Of a stretch of 64,000 bases of DNA, positions 56,502-64,000 are shown one piece after another (the stretch's first letter is position 1; each line of letters starts with the position of its first letter). The notes beneath the pieces are model-generated. The model saw only the letters and a list, made by a program, of their open reading frames with translations, did no database searches and was not told where the DNA came from. The translations under genes and the position numbers were made by a program. Origin of the DNA: Candidatus Eiseniibacteriota bacterium (GTDB lineage: Bacteria > Eisenbacteria > RBG-16-71-46 > JABDJR01). Where the stretch lies: NCBI GenBank assembly GCA_963762255.1, contig CAVXKA010000002.1, positions 1,216,001-1,280,000 on the forward strand, written 5' to 3'.

Positions 56502-57038
56502 TTAGGCACCGGCGCTCTTGCCGGCCTTGCGGCGAACGAATTCACCTTCGTAGCGGATCCCCTTGCCCTTGTAGGGCTCCGGAGGCCGGAACTTGCGCAC
56601 CTCCGCCGCCACTTGTCCCACCAGCGCCTTGTCGATCCCGCTGATGACGATCTTGTTCTGCTCCACTTTCGCGTCGATCCCGTTGGGGAGCGCGTACTCG
56701 ATGGGGTGCGAAAACCCCAACGTAAGAACGAGCGTGCGCTCCTGCACCTGGGCTCGATAGCCGGTGCCTTGGATCTCCAGGCCCTTGGTGAAGCCCGTGG
56801 ACACACCCTCCACCAGGTTGTTGACCATGGCGCGCGAGAGGCCGTGAATGGCCCCCGCCGTCTTCTCGGTGGAGGTCTGCCGCACCTGGGCCTTGCCCTC
56901 CATCACGTCCAATTCGATCCCCGGGAGCGCGTCGTAGCTGAGCACCCCCTTGGGGCCCTTGGCCGTGACGGTGCGACCCGACATCTTGAGCTCGACCCCC
57001 GAGGGGATCGGAATGATCTTCTTACCGACTCGAGACAT
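56502..57038 (-). CDS. rplF: 50S ribosomal protein L6
   Basis: MSRVGK; [13 protein letters not shown]. Confidence 0.98.
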   Translation of the reverse strand: MSRVGKKIIPIPSGVELKMSGRTVTAKGPKGVLSYDALPGIELDVMEGKAQVRQTSTEKTAGAIHGLSRAMVNNLVEGVSTGFTKGLEIQGTGYRAQVQERTLVLTLGFSHPIEYALPNGIDAKVEQNKIVISGIDKALVGQVAAEVRKFRPPEPYKGKGIRYEGEFVRRKAGKSAGA

Positions 57039-57065
57039 GGCTTACCTCGTCTTCCCGACTCGCGG

Positions 57066-57464
57066 TTACCAAAGCACGGCGACGAGTTCGCCGCCGAGAC
57101 CGCGCTTGCGGGCCTCCTTGTCCGTCATGATTCCCTGGGAGGTCGAGAGGACCGCCGTACCCAGGCCGCCCAACACCCGCGGGACTTCGTGCCGCTTGCA
57201 GTACATCCGCCGACCGGGGCGCGAAACACGCCTGATTCCCCGGATGATGGGGCGGTTATCCGGCAGGTAGCGCAAGTAGATGCGCAGCAGGCCCTGCTTC
57301 TCGTCCTGGATGGGACGCACGTTTTCGATGTACTTCTCGCGGAGCAGCAAGTCCGCGATCGCCGACTTCACCCTCGAGGCCGGCACATCCACCCGAGGGT
57401 GGCTGGCCTGAGCCGCATTCCGGATGCTCGTCAGCATGTCCGCGATCGGATCGGTCACCGGCAT
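57066..57464 (-). CDS. rpsH: 30S ribosomal protein S8
   Basis: DPIADMLT.IRNA; SRPGRR; STSQGIMT. Confidence 0.98.
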   Translation of the reverse strand: MPVTDPIADMLTSIRNAAQASHPRVDVPASRVKSAIADLLLREKYIENVRPIQDEKQGLLRIYLRYLPDNRPIIRGIRRVSRPGRRMYCKRHEVPRVLGGLGTAVLSTSQGIMTDKEARKRGLGGELVAVLW

Positions 57465-57561
57465 TCCTGTTCGCTCCTTCGTCTACTCTGCGGGCCGGGC
57501 GGTTCGCCGGCGGCGGATGCCACAGCGGAATGAACCGCCTGACGCCTGCCCGGCCGCGTGA

Positions 57562-57747
57562 CTACCAACTAGCCTTCACCACTCCAGGAACCTTCCCGTC
57601 CAGGGCGAGATCCCGGAAGCAGATACGGCAGAGACCGAACTTCCGCAGGTAGGCCCGCGGACGGCCACACCGGTTGCAACGGTTGTAGCCCCGCACCTTG
57701 TACTTGGGGGTGCGTTTCCACTTTTCGACCAACGCTTTCTTAGCCAC
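57562..57747 (-). CDS. rpsN: 30S ribosomal protein S14 (type Z, Zn-binding)
   Basis: RCNRCGRPR; LCRICFR; PGVVKASW. Confidence 0.97.
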   Translation of the reverse strand: MAKKALVEKWKRTPKYKVRGYNRCNRCGRPRAYLRKFGLCRICFRDLALDGKVPGVVKASW

Positions 57748-57757
57748 AGGCGCTCCT

Positions 57758-58309
57758 TTAGCTCTTCTGCTCGCGGAAGGGGAACTTCATCCGCCGGAGG
57801 AGCTCCAGCCCCTCCTCGTCCGTTTCCGCGCTGGTCACGAAGGTGATGTCCATCCCCCGGACCTTGTCGATCTTGTCGTAGTCGATCTCCGGAAAAATGA
57901 TCTGCTCCTGGACGCCCACGCTGTAGTTGCCCCGCCCGTCGAAGGACTTGGACGAGAACCCGCGGAAGTCGCGGATGCGCGGCACCGCGACCGACACGAA
58001 GCGATCCAGGAACTCGAACATCCGAGCGCCGCGCAGCGTCACCGCCACCCCGATCGGCATCCCCTCGCGCAGCTTGAAATTCGAAATGGCCTTCTTGGCG
58101 CGACGGATCGCCGGCTTCTGCCCGGTGATGCGGGTGAGATCCGCGGTCGCCCCGTCGAGGAGCTTCACGTTCTGCGTCGCCTCGCCCACCCGCATGTTCA
58201 GAACGATCTTGGTGAGCTTGGGCGCCTGCATCGAGTTGGAGTAGCCGAAGTGCTTCACCAGCTCGGGAAGCACCCGCTGCTCGTAGTCCTCTTGATATCT
58301 CGGCTTCAT
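57758..58309 (-). CDS. rplE: 50S ribosomal protein L5
   Basis: ITGQKP; PRIRDFRG; FDGRGNY; IFPEI. Confidence 0.98.
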   Translation of the reverse strand: MKPRYQEDYEQRVLPELVKHFGYSNSMQAPKLTKIVLNMRVGEATQNVKLLDGATADLTRITGQKPAIRRAKKAISNFKLREGMPIGVAVTLRGARMFEFLDRFVSVAVPRIRDFRGFSSKSFDGRGNYSVGVQEQIIFPEIDYDKIDKVRGMDITFVTSAETDEEGLELLRRMKFPFREQKS

Positions 58310-58398
58310 GCTTTCTTCTCTCCTGCGGCCGCCGTCGTCCCGGGTCTACCCGGGCAGCGGTCGCGAAGGCTCCGACGAGGAGCCGTCCACCGTCGGAG

Positions 58399-58614
58399 CT
58401 AGCCGACCTTTTTCACGTTCGAGATGTGGATGGCGGCTTCCTTCTCCACGATTCCACCCTTCCCCGCGCTGGTGGGGCGAGTGTGCCGCTTTACGAACTT
58501 GACGCCTTCGACGATGACCCGGTCCTTCTCGCGGAGGACCTGGAGCACACGCCCGGTCTTCCCCTTGTCGTTGCCGGCGATCACCGTAACCTGGTCGCCT
58601 TTCTTTACCTTCAT
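58399..58614 (-). CDS. rplX: 50S ribosomal protein L24 (short, 71 aa)
   Basis: [16 protein letters not shown]; EAAIHISNV. Confidence 0.95.
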   Translation of the reverse strand: MKVKKGDQVTVIAGNDKGKTGRVLQVLREKDRVIVEGVKFVKRHTRPTSAGKGGIVEKEAAIHISNVKKVG

Positions 58615-58635
58615 GGCTCTCCTCCTCCGCGCTCC

Positions 58636-59004
58636 CTACAACACCTCGGGGGCGAGGGAGATGATCTTCATGAAATTCCGCTCGCGCAGCTCGCGAGCCA
58701 CCGGACCGAAGATGCGGGTGCCCCTCGGCTCGTTGTTGGCGTCGATCAGGACCACCGCGTTGTCGTCGAATCGGATATAGGAACCGTCCTTGCGGCGGTA
58801 CTCCTTCCGCGTGCGCACGATCACCGCTTTGGCCACCTCACCCTTCTTGGCGGCGCCGCCGGGAATGGCGTCCTGAATGGCCACCACCACGACGTCGCCG
58901 AGATGGGCGTAGTGGCGCCGCGTCCCGCCGAGGACGTGGATACAACGCGCGGTCCGAGCCCCCGAGTTGTCCGCCACCGTCAACATGGTCTGCATCTGGA
59001 TCAT
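58636..59004 (-). CDS. rplN: 50S ribosomal protein L14
   Basis: VADNSGA; [13 protein letters not shown]; SLAPEVL. Confidence 0.98.
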   Translation of the reverse strand: MIQMQTMLTVADNSGARTARCIHVLGGTRRHYAHLGDVVVVAIQDAIPGGAAKKGEVAKAVIVRTRKEYRRKDGSYIRFDDNAVVLIDANNEPRGTRIFGPVARELRERNFMKIISLAPEVL

Positions 59005-59021
59005 GGTTCACGCTCCCCGCA

Positions 59022-59288
59022 CTACTTGGCTTTTTCGACGATCTCGACGAGACGCCACCGCTTGGTCTTGCTCAGCGGGCGGGTCTCCATGAACCGCACG
59101 AGGTCGCCCTCGTGGCACTGGTTCGTTTCGTCGTGAACCGTGTACTTCTTACGCTTGCGGACGTACCGCTTGTACTCCGGGTGCTTGACCAGACGCTCGA
59201 TGACGACCACCCGGGTCTTGTCCATCTTGTCGCTGACGACCCGGCCCACCCGGACTTTGCGTCGATTGCGTTCTACGTTCGCTTCCAC
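59022..59288 (-). CDS. rpsQ: 30S ribosomal protein S17
   Basis: [11 protein letters not shown]; [11 protein letters not shown]. Confidence 0.98.
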   Translation of the reverse strand: MEANVERNRRKVRVGRVVSDKMDKTRVVVIERLVKHPEYKRYVRKRKKYTVHDETNQCHEGDLVRFMETRPLSKTKRWRLVEIVEKAK

Positions 59289-59337
59289 GTTCGCTACCTC
59301 ACTTCAAGGTTCCGAGGACGCCTCGCGTCCGCCGGGA

Positions 59338-59583
59338 TCAAGCCTTCTTGGCTTCCGTCACGCTCTCCCCCGCCAGCCGGCGAGTGCCCTGGCGATACTC
59401 GGCCAACGCCGTGGACAGCCGCGCCACTTCCCGCCGGAGACCCCGGATCTGAAGCGGGTTGTCGAGCTGGCGCATGGTGTTCCGGAAGCGAAGGTTGAAG
59501 AGCTCCTTCTTGAGGTCGGCGATCCGACGCTCAACGTCATCCGGAGACATGTCGTGAATGTTCGTCTTCTTCTCTTTGGCCAT
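59338..59583 (-). CDS. rpmC: 50S ribosomal protein L29
   Basis: LKKELFNLRF; QLDNP; position in the operon. Confidence 0.95.
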   Translation of the reverse strand: MAKEKKTNIHDMSPDDVERRIADLKKELFNLRFRNTMRQLDNPLQIRGLRREVARLSTALAEYRQGTRRLAGESVTEAKKA

Positions 59584-59587
59584 GACG

Positions 59588-60010
59588 TCAGTCTCCCAGC
59601 TGCTCTTCGCGGACCACGAAGCGCGTCTTGATGGGGAGCTTGGCCGCGCCCAGCTTCATGGCCTCCGCCGCGAGCTCCTTGCTGATGCCTTCGAGTTCGA
59701 AGAGGACCCGCCCCGGCTTCACCACCGCGACCCAGAACTCCGGGCTCCCCTTCCCCTTGCCCATGCGGGTTTCCGCCGGCTTCTTGGTCACCGGCTTGTC
59801 CGGGAAGATGCGGATCCACATCTTGCCGCCACGCTTGATGTGACGGGTGATCGCCACACGGGCGGCCTCGATCTGCCGGTTGGTGATCCAGGCCGGCTCG
59901 ATGGCCTGCAGGCCGAACTCGCCGAAGGACACCTTGCCTCCGCGATAGGCCTTCCCGTTCATCCGGCCTCGCTGCTGCTTGCGATGTTTGACTCTCTTCG
60001 GTAGTAGCAT
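59588..60010 (-). CDS. rplP: 50S ribosomal protein L16
   Basis: PKRVKHRK; WIRIFPDKP; RMGKGKG. Confidence 0.98.
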   Translation of the reverse strand: MLLPKRVKHRKQQRGRMNGKAYRGGKVSFGEFGLQAIEPAWITNRQIEAARVAITRHIKRGGKMWIRIFPDKPVTKKPAETRMGKGKGSPEFWVAVVKPGRVLFELEGISKELAAEAMKLGAAKLPIKTRFVVREEQLGD

Positions 60011-60019
60011 CGGAAACTC

Positions 60020-60748
60020 CTAGTTCCTCGACCGGTCGCTTGGGCCCTTGCCACGGTCGCCACGGTCGCCGCGTCCGCCTCGGGCGGGCGCCGCCGGAGC
60101 GGCGGCCTCGGCCGGAGCCTCCGGCCCCAAAACCTCGCCGTGGAAGATCCACACTTTCACGCCGCAGGCACCGTAGGTGGTGCGGGCGGTGGCGCGGGCG
60201 AAATCGATGTCCGCGCGCAGCGTGTGCAACGGCACCCGCCCCTCACGATAGGACTCGTAGCGGGCCATTTCCGCTCCGCCCAACCGGCCGGAGCAGGCCA
60301 CGCGCACGCCCTCGGCGCCGCTCTTCATCACCGCTTGAATGCTCTTCTTCATGGCCCGCCGGAAGGACACGCGTCCTTCGAGCTGGCGGGCGATATGCTG
60401 GGCGACCAGGGCCGCGTCCGTGTCCGGCCGCTTGATCTCATCGATGTTGATGTAGATCTCCTTGCCGGTGAGCTGGTGGAGCTCGTCGCGGAGCTGATCC
60501 ACCTGAGTGCCGCGACGGCCGATCACGAGGCCGGGCTTGGCGGTCGCGATGTTGATCGTGACCTTGTTCGCGGCCCGCTGGATGATGACCTTGGAGAGGC
60601 TGGCGTTGGAGAGACGGTTCTCCAGGTAACGCCGGATCTTGATGTCCTCATCCAGGAGCTGTGCGTAGTTCTTGCCGGCGAACCAGCGAGAGTCCCACGT
60701 CTTGACGATGCCCAGCCTCAATCCGACCGGATGCGTTTTCTGACCCAC
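60020..60748 (-). CDS. rpsC: 30S ribosomal protein S3
   Basis: [13 protein letters not shown]; [13 protein letters not shown]. Confidence 0.98.
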   Translation of the reverse strand: MGQKTHPVGLRLGIVKTWDSRWFAGKNYAQLLDEDIKIRRYLENRLSNASLSKVIIQRAANKVTINIATAKPGLVIGRRGTQVDQLRDELHQLTGKEIYINIDEIKRPDTDAALVAQHIARQLEGRVSFRRAMKKSIQAVMKSGAEGVRVACSGRLGGAEMARYESYREGRVPLHTLRADIDFARATARTTYGACGVKVWIFHGEVLGPEAPAEAAAPAAPARGGRGDRGDRGKGPSDRSRN

Positions 60749-60802
60749 AGTCTCCTCCGTAAACCTTGCTGCCGGGGCGGACCGATGTCCCCCCGTCTCC
60801 GT

Positions 60803-61306
60803 CTACTTGGCCTTTGCCCGCGCCGTTTTCTTGCCGGCGCTCTTCGCCGCGGCCTTCGCCGCCGGCTTGGCAGCCGGCTTAGCCGTTGCCTTGGCCGTTG
60901 CGCGCTTCTTCGGAGCCGCCTTGGCGGCCGGTGCGGCCTTCTTGCCCGACTTGGCCTTCCGGCCCTTCACCGGGCGGTCGCCCAAGATGATGGTGATGTG
61001 GCTCGTCCGCTTGAGGATCGGGGTGGCCCGACCCTGCGCGCGGGGAAGCCAGCGCTTCATGATCGGCCCCGGTCCAACCAGGGCCTCCTTCACGTACAGA
61101 TCCTCGACGTCGAGAGCCGAGTCCGCCTGCACGGCGTTGGCCACCGCCGAGCGAACCGTCTTCTCGATCCTCTTGGCCACGTGCTTCTTGGAGAAGGTCA
61201 GCGTCAGAAGCGCCTCCTCCACAGCGCGGCCTCGGACCAGATCGAGCACCTGGTTCACCTTGCGCGGTGTCACTCTGATGTACCTTGCAGTGGCACGAGC
61301 TTCCAT
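60803..61306 (-). CDS. rplV: 50S ribosomal protein L22 with Lys/Ala-rich tail
   Basis: PRKV; SAVANA; PRAQGRA; KRTSHIT. Confidence 0.97.
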   Translation of the reverse strand: MEARATARYIRVTPRKVNQVLDLVRGRAVEEALLTLTFSKKHVAKRIEKTVRSAVANAVQADSALDVEDLYVKEALVGPGPIMKRWLPRAQGRATPILKRTSHITIILGDRPVKGRKAKSGKKAAPAAKAAPKKRATAKATAKPAAKPAAKAAAKSAGKKTARAKAK

Positions 61307-61365
61307 CGCTCTACCGCTCCTTCACGGCTTCCCGCCCCGCGATGACACGGAGCACGGAGCCTTTC

Positions 61366-61680
61366 CTACCCTTGCTTCTTGGGCGCCGCCGGCGCCGAAG
61401 GGGTCGTGGACGTGGTCTTGTCGGTGCCGGCGTGGCCCCGAAAGACCCGTGTGGGCGCAAACTCGCCCAGCTTGTGCCCGACCATGTTCTCGGTCACGTA
61501 GATCGGGATGAACTTGTTGCCGTTGTGCACAGCCAGGGTGTGCCCCACGAACTCGGGAACGATGGTGGAGCGACGCGCCCACGTGCGGACGACGCGCTTC
61601 TCGTTCTTCTTGTTCATGGTCTCGATCCGGGTAATGAGCTTCGAATCGACGAACGGACCCTTTTTGATCGAACGTGCCAT
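61366..61680 (-). CDS. rpsS: 30S ribosomal protein S19
   Basis: [10 protein letters not shown]; [13 protein letters not shown]. Confidence 0.98.
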   Translation of the reverse strand: MARSIKKGPFVDSKLITRIETMNKKNEKRVVRTWARRSTIVPEFVGHTLAVHNGNKFIPIYVTENMVGHKLGEFAPTRVFRGHAGTDKTTSTTPSAPAAPKKQG

Positions 61681-61725
61681 GGTTGTCTCTGTGATCTCCT
61701 GGCGCCCACCGCGGGAGCCCGGCGG

Positions 61726-62553
61726 TTACTTGCCCTTGCGTCTCCGGACGATCAGACGGTCCGAAAGCTTCTTCTTGCGCGTCTTCAGACCCTTGGTCTT
61801 CTTGCCCCACGGGGTCGTCGGGTGGCGCCCGCCCGAGGTGCGGCCCTCGCCGCCGCCCATCGGGTGATCGACCGGGTTCATGGCCACGCCGCGGGTGATG
61901 GGCCGCCGGCCCAGCCACCGGTTGCGGCCGGCCTTGCCGATCACAATGTTCTCGTGGTCGAGGTTGCCGACTTGGCCGATCGTGCAGTAGCAGTCGGACA
62001 TGAACACCCGCACCTCGCCGGAAGGCATCTTGACCTGCGCGTTGTTGCCTTCCTTGGCCACGACCACCGCCGCGGCGCCGGCGCCGCGCGCGATCTGGCC
62101 TCCCTTGCCGGGCACCATCTCGAGGTTATGCACCTCGGTGCCGAGCGGGACGCTTTTCAAGGGCATGGCGTTCCCGACCTGCACTTCGACGTCGGGCCCC
62201 GCCATGATCGTCATGTTCACTTCGAGCCCCTTGGGGGCGATGATGTACCGCTTCTCGCCGTCGGCGTAGACCACCAACGCGATGCGCGAGCTGCGATTGG
62301 GGTCGTATTCGATCGTCGCCACGCGCGCGGGAATCCCGCGCTTGTCGCGCCTGAAATCGATGACCCGGTACCGACGCTTGTGGCCGCCGCCCCGATGCCA
62401 TGCGGAAACGTGTCCCTGGTTATCCCGTCCCCCCGACTTGCGGAGTGGACGGAGGAGGGACTTTTCCGGCTGGTCGGTCGTGATCTCCTCGAAGTCGGAG
62501 ACCGTCTTGAACCGCTGGCCCGGAGTTGTTGGCCGGAAACTTTTGAGACCCAT
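61726..62553 (-). CDS. rplB: 50S ribosomal protein L2
   Basis: IEYDPNRS; [17 protein letters not shown]. Confidence 0.98.
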   Translation of the reverse strand: MGLKSFRPTTPGQRFKTVSDFEEITTDQPEKSLLRPLRKSGGRDNQGHVSAWHRGGGHKRRYRVIDFRRDKRGIPARVATIEYDPNRSSRIALVVYADGEKRYIIAPKGLEVNMTIMAGPDVEVQVGNAMPLKSVPLGTEVHNLEMVPGKGGQIARGAGAAAVVVAKEGNNAQVKMPSGEVRVFMSDCYCTIGQVGNLDHENIVIGKAGRNRWLGRRPITRGVAMNPVDHPMGGGEGRTSGGRHPTTPWGKKTKGLKTRKKKLSDRLIVRRRKGK

Positions 62554-62608
62554 GCTCTGTCTCCCGGTTGCTAACTACGCGCGGGGGCCGTCACCGACCC
62601 CACGCCGC

Positions 62609-62899
62609 TTAGACTTCCTCGAACAGCTCGATGCTATCGCCCTGCTTGAGGGTCACGATCGCCTTTTTCCACGAAGAGCGGCGCCCCGCGCTGGCCCCCA
62701 CCCGCTTCAGCTTCCCCAGCACGTTCTGCGTCCGCACGTGTTCCACAGTGACGCCGAAGATGATCTGCACTGCCTGCTGGATCTCCACCTTGTTGGCGTC
62801 GGGATGCACCTGGAAGAGGTACTTGTTCCCCCCCTCCCGCATCCGGGTGCCCTTCTCGCTCACGAGCGCCTTGACGATCACGTCGTGCGGGTCCTTCAT
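62609..62899 (-). CDS. rplW: 50S ribosomal protein L23
   Basis: MKDPHDVI...SEK; ANKVEI; WKKAIVTL; ATGA overlap with rplD. Confidence 0.95.
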   Translation of the reverse strand: MKDPHDVIVKALVSEKGTRMREGGNKYLFQVHPDANKVEIQQAVQIIFGVTVEHVRTQNVLGKLKRVGASAGRRSSWKKAIVTLKQGDSIELFEEV

Positions 62900-63525
62900 G
62901 ATTCGTAGGCCTCCTTGATCCCTTCGAGCGCGGTCGGCGTTACGACCAGCACCTCGGCGTCGATGAGGGCATAGACGTTGAGCGCGGAATGCGGGAGCAC
63001 GGTCACCCCCGGGATGTTCCGGCAGCTCTTCACGAAATTGCGGTCGGTGCCGGAGGTGATGAAGCACACCTTGCGCTCGCCGAGGCCGATCGCCTTCACG
63101 AGCCCGGCAACCGACTTGGTCTTGGGCGCCGTCATCGCCGGATCGTCCAGCACGGCGACGTTTCCTTCGATGGCCCGCTGGCTCAGGGCGGAGACCAGAG
63201 CCAGCCGCCGGAGCTTCTTGGGAATACGGTACGAGTAGTCCCGCGGCTGGGGTCCGAAGACCGTGGCGCCGCCGACGTACTGCGGAGCACGGGACGAACC
63301 CTGGCGCGCGCGTCCCGTTCCCTTCTGACGGAACGGCTTCTTGCCGCCGCCGCGGACCATGGAGAACGTCTTGGTGGCGGAGGTACCCCGGCGCTGGTTG
63401 GCCAGGTAGCACTTCACCGCTTCCCAGACCACGTGCTCGTTGGGTTCCGCCCCGAAAGCGATCTCGGGGAGGTCCACCTCACCGAGGAGCTTGCCGTCCA
63501 TGTTGTAGTGTTTTGCCTTTGGCAT
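62896..63525 (-). CDS. rplD: 50S ribosomal protein L4
   Basis: GGGKKPFRQKGTGRARQG; FGPQPRDY. Confidence 0.98.
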   Translation of the reverse strand: MPKAKHYNMDGKLLGEVDLPEIAFGAEPNEHVVWEAVKCYLANQRRGTSATKTFSMVRGGGKKPFRQKGTGRARQGSSRAPQYVGGATVFGPQPRDYSYRIPKKLRRLALVSALSQRAIEGNVAVLDDPAMTAPKTKSVAGLVKAIGLGERKVCFITSGTDRNFVKSCRNIPGVTVLPHSALNVYALIDAEVLVVTPTALEGIKEAYES

Positions 63526-63534
63526 CGCTACCTC

Positions 63535-63999
63535 TTATTCCTTCTTTCCCGCCTCGCGGAGGACGAGATAGCCGTTGCGGGCGCCGGGCACCGCGCCCTT
63601 GAGCCAGATCAGGTTCAGCTCCACGTCCACTCCCACCACGGTGATGTTGCGCACGGTCACCCGCACGTTGCCCATCTGCCCCGGGAGCTTCTTGCCCGGA
63701 ATCACACGCGACGGCCAGGCGCTCGCGCCCACCGAGCCGGGAATCCGGCCGGTCTTGGAGCCGTGGGTGGCGGGGCCGCCCGAGAAGTGGTGGCGCTTCA
63801 CGACGCCCTGAAAACCGCGCCCGATCGAGGTGCCGATCACGTCGACCACCGCACCGGGGGCGAAGACATCGGCCTTCAGTTCGGCCCCGACCTCGAGGTC
63901 GGAGACGCCGCGGAACTCGCGGAGCACCCGCGTGGGAAGCACCCCCGCCTTGGCGAAGTGGCCCTTGCGCGGCTTGTTCACCCGCTTCTCGCGCGCGGG
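63535..63999 (-). CDS. rplC: 50S ribosomal protein L3 (5' partial)
   Basis: GRGFQGVVKRH; PGSVG; KGAVPG. Confidence 0.97.
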   Translation of the reverse strand, partial: PAREKRVNKPRKGHFAKAGVLPTRVLREFRGVSDLEVGAELKADVFAPGAVVDVIGTSIGRGFQGVVKRHHFSGGPATHGSKTGRIPGSVGASAWPSRVIPGKKLPGQMGNVRVTVRNITVVGVDVELNLIWLKGAVPGARNGYLVLREAGKKE

Positions 64000-64000
64000 A

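Overview
GC-rich bacterial window, probably from a diderm of the FCB-related candidate lineages (Eisenbacteria/Krumholzibacteriota/Latescibacterota-like). That placement is inferred only from FlgD-Ig/T9SS-type C-terminal domains and a C-terminal TWGxIK motif. Layout: (1) 1-3.9 kb, an active plus pseudo-enzyme pair of DUF3857/transglutaminase-like proteins, then a frameshifted sensor remnant. (2) 4.8-17.0 kb, four tandem paralogous secreted proteins sharing a large conserved core and FlgD-type CTD but carrying different N-terminal heads (none, NlpC/P60, none, BPL_N/class I glutamine amidotransferase-like), with near-identical mosaic DNA segments. (3) 17.4-34.1 kb, a poly-gamma-glutamate (PGA) locus: signal-peptide glutamate racemase, M14-like peptidase, 48-aa membrane protein, DctM-like permease, sigma54 two-component system, twin beta-propeller lipoprotein, AlgE-like barrel, DUF6305, CapD-like gamma-glutamyltransferase, pgsB, pgsC, pgsW and a secreted Zn-hydrolase-like protein. 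Three sigma54 -24/-12 boxes appear to link blocks 2 and 3. (4) 34-43 kb, peptide transporters, amgK-like/murU-like genes, ArsR-DUF2087 and an AGCS symporter. (5) 43.35-47.43 kb, a degenerate serine-integrase island in tRNA-Asn with reconstructable attP/attB and duplicated sigma54 promoter modules. (6) 47.6-64 kb, a GHL10 hydrolase and the S10-spc-alpha ribosomal protein cluster, lacking adk and infA. The best candidate for an undescribed system is blocks 2+3: a sigma54-regulated gamma-glutamyl polymer make/export/degrade/re-import system with a modular secreted enzyme array. All calls are by-eye motif recognition; no database searches were run.
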